Shown in pieces: positions 21,172 through 30,772 of a stretch of DNA of 64,000 nucleotides (within the stretch, counting starts at the first letter, position 1; every line of letters starts with the position of its first letter). Made by a program: the position numbers and the translations under genes. The notes beneath the pieces are model-generated. The model did not search any database. It saw nothing but the letters and a program-made list of their open reading frames with translations, and had not been told where the DNA came from. Origin of the DNA: Podarcis filfolensis (lineage: Eukaryota); the NCBI GenBank assembly GCA_964270895.1, contig OZ185441.1; one strand, written 5' to 3'.

Positions 21172-23619
21172 ATGAAAATCCTCCATTATAGCAGGCAAGT
21201 TTGTCTCTTCTTTATCTGTCTCTGTACCTGTGGTGTGGTGTGTGAGTCCTTCCGCTATTCAGTGCCTGAGGAAAAGAAAAGTGGGTCTCTGGTGGCTAAT
21301 CTGCTGAAAGATTTGAAAATGGAAGTAAAGGAGCTGTCTGCTCGGAGAGCGCAGCTGCTTTCTAAGACTGCCAAGCAGTATTTTGAGCTGGATTCCCAAT
21401 CTGGGGATGTAATAATAAAAGATAAAATAGACCGAGAGTCCCTGTGTGGTCAGAATGACCCTTGTGTTCTGCTTTGTGAAATGGTGCTGGAAAAGCCATG
21501 GCAGCTGCACAGAATTGAGATTCAAATAGAGGACGTGAATGATAATTCCCCAATATTCTCTGAAAAACAATTTGTCTTGGAAATACCTGAGCAGACACCC
21601 ACAAATACCCGATTCCTTTTGGAAAAAGCTGAAGATTCAGACAAAGGAGAAAATACTGTTCAGAACTATACTCTTAGTCCAAATGAACATTTTAGGCTGG
21701 ATGTGGAAAGTCACACTGATGGTGGCAAATATGCAGAACTGGTATTAGAAAAGTCTTTGGACCGTGAGGAGAAGCCACAGATTACATTAATGCTATCAGC
21801 TGTTGATGGAGGGATCCCAAGAAGAAGCGGAAGTACACAAATTATTGTTCAAGTTCTGGACACCAATGACAATGCCCCTCACTTTAATAAATCTGTATAT
21901 AATGTGCAACTACTGGAAAACATTCCACCAGGTACACTGGTCACCAAAGTTGAAGCCACTGACAGGGATCTTGGTTCCTACGCACATATCACTTATTCAT
22001 TCAGGCAAGTCTCAGAAAATGTGTTGAGAATGTTCAAGTTAAACAAACACTCCGGGGAACTTACTACTGCAGCAACAATTGATTATGAAGAAAACACAAA
22101 TTATGAGATGAACATCAGAGCTACAGATGGAGGGGGACTTTCTGCTTACTGCAAAGTCATTGTAGAGATTGAGGATGAGAACGACAATGCTCCAGAGATT
22201 ACCATCACTTCCATCACCAGTCCCTTACCTGAGGACTCTCCCCCAGACACAGTGGTCGCCCTCTTCAGTGTCACAGATGTGGACTCTGGGGACAGTGGCA
22301 GAACTGCCTGCACCACTGAAGTCAACCTGCCATTTGTGCTCAAACCCACAGAGAACAACTATTACCAGCTGGTGACCCAACAACCACTGGACAGAGAACA
22401 AGCCTCTGAATATAACATCACCATCACAGCCACAGACAGAGGCACTCCCAGACTCACTTCCACAAGAATACTTCATGTTGAAGTGTCAGATGTCAATGAC
22501 AACCCTCCAGTGTTTGAAAAGCCATTCTATCAAATGCAGTTAAGAGAAAACAATATTCCTGGTCTTCTGATCAATTCGGTCCATGCTGTTGATGTGGACA
22601 CAGCGCAGAATGCCAAAGTGACCTACTCGCTTTTGCCTGGGAAGGTCAATGATGGCCCCACATCCTCTTACATCTCCATCAACTCTGAAACGGGGAACCT
22701 GTATGCCATCCGGTCTCTGGATTATGAGGAAGTACAAGATTTCCATGTGAGAGTGAGGGCTGTGGATTCAGGTTCCCCTCCACTGAGCTCAGAAGTTCCC
22801 ATCCGTGTTCAGGTCGTGGATGAAAATGACAATGCCCCCTTCATCCTCTACCCTCTCCAGAATGGCACTTCCCCCTCAAATGACCTGGTTCCCCGAGGGG
22901 CAGAGACTGGCTACCTGGTCACCAAGGTGGTGGCTGTGGACAGGGATTCTGCGCAGAACTCTTGGCTTTCCTACCAGCTGCTGAAGGCCACAGAACCGGG
23001 TCTGTTCACGGTGGGGGCCCAGAATGGAGAAGTGACCACCCTCAGGCCGGTCAGCAACCGAGACAGCTTCAAGCAGAATCTGATTGTGGTGGTCCGAGAC
23101 AACGGCCATCCTCCCCAGTCCACCTCTGCCATGCTCAGAATCCTTCTAGTGGACGGCTTCTCTGACCCTTATCTGAAAAGTGTGGCTCTCCCAAAGGAGG
23201 AAACAGTGGAGGAGGAAGACCCCAGCCTGACGATGTATCTGATCATCTGCTTGGCTGCCATCTCAAGCATCTTTCTTATTTCTGTAGTGGCGTTTGTTGT
23301 AATCAAGTTGCAGAAACGTGAAAAGTTCATAGGAACCTACAACTCTGGAGCCAATTTCCCGGTGGGACCTGATTCCCAGGAGAACTCTGCAGATTCTGGT
23401 GCTGGATCTCTATCCCAGGCTTACAACTATGAGGTGTGCTTAGCTGGTGGGTCTCTGAACAGCGAGTTCAGGTTTCTCAGGCCCCTGTTTCCTGTTTTCT
23501 CTGTGGAGCCTCCTAACACTCAGCTGAATCCAAGGAGTTCTAGTGGGTCCCAAGAAGTGCCTTGTAATGAAGAAGAAACGCGTCTGAGATGTCAGGTGAG
23601 GATAATTAGTATAATATAA
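21172..23619 (+). CDS. PCDHB: Protocadherin beta-like large exon, class A (gene 5); donor after 23595
   Basis: First ATG at 21172 (MKILHYSRQV) aligns with paralog signal peptides; full 6-EC/TM architecture; CAG|GTGAGG at 23595/23596. Confidence 0.95.
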   Translation: MKILHYSRQVCLFFICLCTCGVVCESFRYSVPEEKKSGSLVANLLKDLKMEVKELSARRAQLLSKTAKQYFELDSQSGDVIIKDKIDRESLCGQNDPCVLLCEMVLEKPWQLHRIEIQIEDVNDNSPIFSEKQFVLEIPEQTPTNTRFLLEKAEDSDKGENTVQNYTLSPNEHFRLDVESHTDGGKYAELVLEKSLDREEKPQITLMLSAVDGGIPRRSGSTQIIVQVLDTNDNAPHFNKSVYNVQLLENIPPGTLVTKVEATDRDLGSYAHITYSFRQVSENVLRMFKLNKHSGELTTAATIDYEENTNYEMNIRATDGGGLSAYCKVIVEIEDENDNAPEITITSITSPLPEDSPPDTVVALFSVTDVDSGDSGRTACTTEVNLPFVLKPTENNYYQLVTQQPLDREQASEYNITITATDRGTPRLTSTRILHVEVSDVNDNPPVFEKPFYQMQLRENNIPGLLINSVHAVDVDTAQNAKVTYSLLPGKVNDGPTSSYISINSETGNLYAIRSLDYEEVQDFHVRVRAVDSGSPPLSSEVPIRVQVVDENDNAPFILYPLQNGTSPSNDLVPRGAETGYLVTKVVAVDRDSAQNSWLSYQLLKATEPGLFTVGAQNGEVTTLRPVSNRDSFKQNLIVVVRDNGHPPQSTSAMLRILLVDGFSDPYLKSVALPKEETVEEEDPSLTMYLIICLAAISSIFLISVVAFVVIKLQKREKFIGTYNSGANFPVGPDSQENSADSGAGSLSQAYNYEVCLAGGSLNSEFRFLRPLFPVFSVEPPNTQLNPRSSSGSQEVPCNEEETRLRCQVRIISII

Positions 23620-23911
23620 TTATATTCTGAATGAATAAAAATAATTATATTCAGTCAATGATACTTGGTTGATGACTTATGCTCACTGAAAGAACAGGAT
23701 ACGCGGAAATGTAAGTAAGGTTTGAAATGTAATGTACTTATCAAATTATTCTTTTTCCTATTTATTGGCATGATTAAGAAAATTATGATCGCATGTACAC
23801 ACGAGCTAACCGTTAAATGAGCATAAATCTAAACTCAATTTTCACTGGGCTGCTGTTAAATGGACTTTATAGGCTATTATAATTATTATTAATACATTTT
23901 TCTTAGATGAA

Positions 23912-23927
23912 CCACAAGGTGGCAATA
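23912..23927 (+). promoter_or_regulatory. CSE / CTCF site of gene 6 (CCACAAGGTGGCAATA)
   Basis: 273 bp upstream of ATG 24185. Confidence 0.75.
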
Positions 23928-24184
23928 TTGGCAAGCACATTATTTTTTATTCACAATATTGCTTTGTAGCAGCACTGAGGGGAAGCTATGAACAGACAAA
24001 ACTGAACTAGAGAGGTGCAGACTCCTTTTCTAGAAAGGAAATACAAAATTCAAGGGAGCAAGCATTGACCACGACAGGGGGGAAAGAAACAATTTACACA
24101 ACAGCACAGGGAGCCACTGGAGAAAACCTAAAGATTGGTCTTTTGGGCGGAACCTATATATCTTATCAAGAAGTGAGAGAAACC

Positions 24185-26617
24185 ATGGAAGACTGCATCA
24201 GGAACAGACAAGGTCTGTATCTCTTCATCTTATTCTCTGTGTCTAGAGTGATGTGTATCTCAATACGTTATTCTGTGCCTGAAGAAAAGAAAAGTGGATT
24301 TCTGGTGGCTAATGTGCTGAAGGATTTGAAACTGGGAACAGGGGAGCTCTCTGCTCGCAGAGCCCAGCTAGTGTCCAAAAGCACACAGCAATATTTTCAC
24401 CTTGATACCCACACTGGGAATCTGCTGATAAATGATAAAGTAGACAGGGAAGCTTTGTGTGGTGAGACTGATCCTTGCTTGCTGCTCTCTGAAATTGTGC
24501 TCCAAAACCCCTTAAAGATCTACAGTATAGAAATAAAGGTAGAAGATGTAAATGACAATACGCCCAAATTCTCAAAAAAGGAATTCAAGATAGATATTCC
24601 AGAGAATATCCCTGTCAACACCCAATTCCCTTTGGAATCTGCAGAAGATACAGATTTGGATAAAAATAACGTCCAAAACTACACTCTCAGTTCCAATGAG
24701 CATTTCTGGCTCCAAGTAAAAAGTGATGAAAGTGGAAAAAAATATTTGGACCTTATTTTGGTGAAACCTCTAGATAGGGAAGAAGCAGCGGAGTTTGGAC
24801 TGACTCTCACAGCTGCAGATGGAGGGGAGCCACAGAGAACAGGCACAGTTCAAATAAATATCAAGGTTTTGGACATCAATGATAATTTCCCTCAGTTTAC
24901 TCATTCTGAATATAAAGTAAGGTTAAAGGAAAACAGCCCTAGGGACACCCTGGTCTTCAAAGTAGAAGCCAGAGATACAGATTTTGGTTCAAATGCACGA
25001 ATAACGTACTCATTTGATCGGGTACCTGATAAAATACACCGTTGCTTCCACTTAAATGATCTCACTGGGGAAATAACTGTTTTGGGACAAATTGATTATG
25101 AAAAAGAAACCAGCTACAGCATAAGCATCAGAGCAACAGATGGAGGGGGTCTTTGGGGGCATTGCAAGGTCCTGCTAGAGATTGAGGATGTGAATGACAA
25201 TGTCCCTGAAGTGTCCGTCATATCCATCACTAGTCCTTTGGCAGAGGATTCTCCCCTGGAGACACTTGTGGCTCTCTTCAGTGTCACAGACCGAGACTCC
25301 GGAGACAATGGCAGAACTGTGTGCTCGGTGGAGGTAAACCTTCCCTTTGTCTTAAAACCCACTATGAATAACTATTACCAACTTCTGGTCCAAAGCTACC
25401 TGGACAGAGAGAAAGTCTCAGAGTATAATGTCACCATCACAGCCGTTGACCAGGGCTCCCCCAGGCTTATTTCAACAAGATTTATTAATGTTCAGATCTC
25501 AGATATCAATGACAACCCTCCAGTATTTGAAAAGTCTTCATGTGAAATGCAGATACGGGAAAACAATATTCCAGGACTGCTCATTGGCTCAGTCCGTGCT
25601 GCTGATCTGGACACTGAGAAGAATGCCAAGGTCACCTACTCCCTTTTGCCTGGGAAGGTCACTGATGCCCTTGTGGCCTCTTACATCTCAGTCAACTCTG
25701 AAAGTGGAAATCTGTATGCCCTCCGATCTCTGGATTACGAGCAGATCAAAGATTTCAAAGTGACGGTGAGGGCTACAGATGGAGGGTCTCCTCCCCTCAG
25801 CTCAGAAGTTACTGTCCAAGTCGTAATCATAGACGAAAACGACAATGCTCCCTTCTTCCTCTACCCTCTTCAGAACAGCACATCCCCCTGCAATGAGCTG
25901 GTCCCGAAGTCGGTGGAGGCCGGCTACCTGGTCACCAAGGTGGTGGCTGTGGATGGAGATTCTGGCCAGAACTCGTGGCTTTCCTATGAGCTGCTGAAGG
26001 CCACAGACCCTGGTCTTTTCAGCATAGGAGCCCAGAATGGGGAAGTGAGAACCAGGAGAGCCCTGACCGAGCGAGACACCAGCAAGCAGAGACTCCTGAT
26101 AGTGGTCAGGGACAACGGGCTCCCTCCCCAGAGCAGCACTGCCATGTTGCATGTCCTTCCCGTGGGTGGCTTTTCGGATCCTTATATGAAGGCTGTGGAG
26201 GTCAGTAAAGAGGAACACGAAGAAGATGGGACCTTGACCTTGTACTTGGTGATCTGCCTGGCTGCAGTCTCCTTTGTGTTCCTCGTTTGCATTGTTTCCT
26301 TTGCTGCCATCAAGATCTGCAGGAGGGATCCCAGAGAAAGTTTTATCGCTGCCCCTCCTCACTTCCCACCTGCCAGACCCGACATCCCAGAGAACTGTGG
26401 CGATTCTCAGAGCGGGTCTCTTTCCAGGAGTTACCACTACGATGTGTGCTTAACCGGTGGGTCCTTGAGCAGCGAGTTCAGGTTCCTCAGGCCCCTCATT
26501 CCTGTTTTTTCTGTGGGGGAGCCAAACCTCAATGTGAACCAGACCACTCTGTCTGCTTCCCAAGATATTCCTGACCAGGTGGGGAAAGAAGAATCAAGGA
26601 AACAGGTGAGCAATTAG
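24185..26617 (+). CDS. PCDHB: Protocadherin beta-like large exon, class B (gene 6); donor after 26605
   Basis: accATGG at 24185 (MEDCIRNRQG) matches genes 2 and 4; full architecture; CAG|GTGAGC at 26605/26606. Confidence 0.95.
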   Translation: MEDCIRNRQGLYLFILFSVSRVMCISIRYSVPEEKKSGFLVANVLKDLKLGTGELSARRAQLVSKSTQQYFHLDTHTGNLLINDKVDREALCGETDPCLLLSEIVLQNPLKIYSIEIKVEDVNDNTPKFSKKEFKIDIPENIPVNTQFPLESAEDTDLDKNNVQNYTLSSNEHFWLQVKSDESGKKYLDLILVKPLDREEAAEFGLTLTAADGGEPQRTGTVQINIKVLDINDNFPQFTHSEYKVRLKENSPRDTLVFKVEARDTDFGSNARITYSFDRVPDKIHRCFHLNDLTGEITVLGQIDYEKETSYSISIRATDGGGLWGHCKVLLEIEDVNDNVPEVSVISITSPLAEDSPLETLVALFSVTDRDSGDNGRTVCSVEVNLPFVLKPTMNNYYQLLVQSYLDREKVSEYNVTITAVDQGSPRLISTRFINVQISDINDNPPVFEKSSCEMQIRENNIPGLLIGSVRAADLDTEKNAKVTYSLLPGKVTDALVASYISVNSESGNLYALRSLDYEQIKDFKVTVRATDGGSPPLSSEVTVQVVIIDENDNAPFFLYPLQNSTSPCNELVPKSVEAGYLVTKVVAVDGDSGQNSWLSYELLKATDPGLFSIGAQNGEVRTRRALTERDTSKQRLLIVVRDNGLPPQSSTAMLHVLPVGGFSDPYMKAVEVSKEEHEEDGTLTLYLVICLAAVSFVFLVCIVSFAAIKICRRDPRESFIAAPPHFPPARPDIPENCGDSQSGSLSRSYHYDVCLTGGSLSSEFRFLRPLIPVFSVGEPNLNVNQTTLSASQDIPDQVGKEESRKQVSN

Positions 26618-29600
26618 TAATTATAGTTGAAGAAAGCATATTACATCATAAGTGACTTTTCTTATCTGTTTCTTCACATCATCCTAATTTGGTTCAGTCT
26701 TTATGTTGCAGTTTGTAAATTTTAAAATTCATCTTTTATAACCATGTAATAATATTTGTTCTTGCCTTTCTTTTTTAACCCACCTACTCTCTTCACTTGG
26801 AGCTATTTTAGTTCCCTTGAACCTCTCTTTGATCTTCTGTTATTTTTTTCCCCAGGGCATTACTGTTTTTACTTCTCTGTAGAACAGGGGGTTGGGGACC
26901 TTCCAGTCAAGGACCACATTCTTCTCTGGCCAACTCTCCAAGGCCGAAGTGGGTTGGACTAAAATCCAAATACGTAGGACCAAGTGACCTAGAACCCAAT
27001 GATTTCTCCATTTATCTCCTGAACATCAGTCTTATGATCCCACCTTTTCTGAATGCTTACAAGCTTCTCTTAAACTTTAAAAACTCTTGCCTTGTTTACC
27101 AGGAAAGTGCAGTAACACCTCTCTCAATCCTAGAACTGTGCCAGGAATTCAGAATTTTTTAAAAAGTGTTTCAGTTCTTCCAAACTGTCAATATCTAACA
27201 TTTAATTGGTTAACCTCACTGCATACTTGATATCAAAGAATATATCCAATTTATATCTGTTTAATGAAGAAGCTGACCACATTCAATAACCTGATATGAA
27301 AAGGAAAATATTAAATTTAGGTATTAAGATATAAAGGAAGTTTCTAGATTACACCTACTTTTTAACCAGATTAATTTATGAATTAATGCTATGTTTCTGT
27401 AATTGATTTAAGCTTCTGCATGTTGCTAGCAGTGCTTGGAAAGTTCTACTTTATCCTGTCCAAAAAGGGATTAGTTCTAGTTCCAGTTTGTCCCTTTACA
27501 AAATGAATTTGTCCAGTTCAAGTCTCAATTCAGTCTCAACATGTTTTCAGCATTCATAATGTCACAAGCTGCTGTTCTTAAGTAAAAGGTTCAAAAGTAC
27601 ATCACACAGGTAATAAGTTGCCTGACAGACAGAATGTCGAAGGGTGAATCTTTATCCATAATTGTATTTCCATAAAAGAAAAGGCTTGCCTTAATCAATA
27701 TTTGTAAGATAGACATACTGTATACTAAAGGTGCTAGCCATAATTTGCTTTATTCCCATTGCTGTACCTCTCACTGCAGGCTGTTCCTGTTGAAAGAAAG
27801 CAAAGATTCAGATAATGCCTCCCGATTCCTTCCTTCTGATTGCATAGCAACGTAACAAAGTGACCTTAGCAATTGCAGCACCTCCATATCTGCCTAATAA
27901 ACCCTAGAACATTCCCTCAACATTTTGCTTTATAGATGACTAAGTTACTGACTTCTTCTTTAAAACAAAAACAAAAAACAAAGTAGCAGTCTGAGACTCA
28001 GGACTTTAAGCAGTTCTGCTCCAACTCCAGGCACCTTGTTAATGACACAATCAAGGGTGTGAAAATCTCACCCAAATCACCCATGAACACCTCGGAATTT
28101 GTGCTTCATGCACAGCCAACATACAGCTCTAGTGGTTAGTCATTCTCTCTTAATTTTTAAGTAGTTTTTTGATGGTAGTGTTCCAGTCACATATACGTCT
28201 AGGATGTTTGAATCTAGATAGCACATGAAGGGGTTAAACCATGGAGTAAGTTGTCCTTCCAGGCTTTGCCTACGTCATCACTGCTCACCTTGAGAGGAAA
28301 TGGGTCAATAAGCCTTTGCTGTAAGGAGGTCATTCTACCCTCATGGTTTTAACCAGCCTTTTCTGTTTCATACCAGAACAGAGGCTCAAACTAGTGTTCG
28401 TGTCTATCAATATTTAGAAACTTTTACCTTTTATAGCTAAGCAATGTTTTAACTGATTGTGCATCTTTTCTGGCTGCTGTATGGAAAAACACATGAATCT
28501 GACCTCTGAAGAGTTTTGCTAGTAAACCATGTTATGACTTGCAAAACATGTGGTTGATCTGCTAGGGAAATGGGATACAGTGAAAAGAACTTTGAAAACT
28601 GGGCATTTGGGGACTTACTTGAAGGGCACCTTTTAAGGTTTACCTTAAATTTCCATGTTTTTCTCTGCTGCTTGTTGTGTGATGTTAAATCTCTGCTGAG
28701 GTTTCTCTCACCAAAGAGTGCTTGCCCAAAACTGGGGTCTTGGCTTCTAGGATTCCAACATTTTTAAAGGATGTTTAGCTGTTTCTGAAAAGTAGATGTG
28801 GTACAGGCATTTTCCTGGGTAACCTCCCCCAGAATGCTTTACTCTGCAGAAGGACCCAAACGCTTCTGAGAGCAAAATAAAGTCGAAGTAGAAGCCTTTA
28901 GCTTCCTGTACAATGAAGTTGGGGTCACTTTGACACCTGCACCATGACAATTTTAAATTCAATTGAAAGCTCTCCCAAGACAATGGTGGTAATCCATGGA
29001 GGCTCATTCTGACCATTACCAATGGCTCCCAGGTGGTCTTTTTGGAGAACCAGTGCTATGATGTGTTTAGAACAGAACACTGCAGCATAACGCTCCCTTT
29101 TCTGTCTGATTGTCTTCTTGCTGTAGGGTGACTTGCCACACTAAGGGCAGTCTTTGGGTTACCTGCGGTATTTGCCAGGTTAACATCACATGAGTTAGTT
29201 TGTAGTGTCTAGGTCTGCAACCTCCTGCTGACTCCCAAGTTTTCTTTCTTCGACCATCCTGCTTGCGAGAGTGGAATTAAACTGGCTCAAAAATTACTTT
29301 GCAATGAGGTAGAAAGTGCTTCTCTAGCTCTTCTTTGTCTGTTTAAAACTGTTTCATCTGGACATTTGTGAGTCTCCTTGAGAGGATTATATTCCCTACT
29401 GCTGGCTCCATAGTGCAACAAAGAGTGTTTACTTGTTGTTCCTGTGTCCAGATGTCTGGAAGAACCTTTGGAATCTGCTTATCTAAAGTGGCCAGCCTTC
29501 AGAGTGCTGGAAATAAAATTATTCGTGCAATGTGGAAATCAACCAGGGATGGAGTAGCCCTGTTCAAAGGGGTCATAGATGGCTTGAACTCACTTTATGG

Positions 29601-30536
29601 GTCATTGTAGACTCTCTTAGTTCCAGGTCTCTCCTCTGCCTCAGTTTTCTTTCCTCATTTTCTGGAGTGATACTCTGTCAGTAGCTGCACCAGCAGAGCC
29701 TTCCTGCAGGTACTCTCAGTTTCCAGGCCTCTCTTTTGCCTGTTATTTTGAGAGATAAACACTGTGGCTGCAGTAGCTGGGCCTCCTAGTATTCCCTGAG
29801 TGTTAACCTGTGACTACCTTTCTGTTTTGTGAGGCTGTCAGAACACTGCAGGGAACATAGAAAGTCTCCATTCTGACACCATGCGGGATTAACAGAGCGC
29901 CAGGTAAAGCATGACTAACTTAAATTTCCTGCTTGCGACCTCTACCCTCCTTGCACGGTGCCACCCATATATACAGCTAACACCACCATATCTATTGGGA
30001 CTGGTAGGGCAGAAGGAAGGGAGACCAACAGTAGGTGGAGCCAGAACTCCATTCAAACTCCATTCTGAGGTCTGCAAGGGCAACACTGAAACTAAGTGGG
30101 GAGAATGTGAGGAGCAGTGCCACCTCCAGAACTGGTAGTATGTAAGAATCAAGACAGAGAGGTGGATGGGGCAGTACCCCATTTGCCTTAACATACCAGC
30201 CTCCATTATTGGCAATTGTTTGTATTTTTCAGATATTGTCTCATTAATGTGTGAAATGTATCCAGAGGTTAGTTTACATTATCTGGCTTTAGTTGAGTGA
30301 TGGCCTGAGCTGTGTGCAAAATTCCATGTTCATATAATGAATTTGTATACGCATTCCATACCTTCCAGCTAATATGGGGTCAATGTTATTTATTCACCTT
30401 CACAAACAGGCTCACATTAACTGCAAACCCCAAGATCTGCATCCATATCTTTCTCTATAAGGAACTTCGTATAGATATTAATAGTAAGGGGTGGGGACCA
30501 GTTAACTGACAAAGATTGCAGTTATATGTATTTCAA

Positions 30537-30552
30537 ACACAAGGTGGTGCCA
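30537..30552 (+). promoter_or_regulatory. CSE / CTCF-like site of gene 7 (ACACAAGGTGGTGCCA)
   Basis: 236 bp upstream of ATG 30773. Confidence 0.72.
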
Positions 30553-30772
30553 TTGCACAGCACATATTCTTAAAGAAAAGATTAATGTTTGGAAAGCATA
30601 GACAAGGGCAAAACAATCTGGAAGCAAAAGGGATACAGCTCTTCATTGCAAAAAAATCAGGAGGAGGGAGACAGCAGTGTGCATTTTCAGGAATAAATAC
30701 AGCAAATGGATACAGCTAAGTACAACAACATATTTTTCTGTTGTTCAGTCTGTCTTGAGTGAATCTGGAACA

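Noticed and set aside
28950-29700. Possible retroviral gag-like remnant
   Set aside because: Hand translation of the minus strand gave stops and no convincing motif.
30117-30130. Reverse CTCF-like match (TCTGGAGGTGGCAC on the minus strand)
   Set aside because: An 11/14 match is expected by chance in 64 kb and has no positional counterpart in other cassettes.
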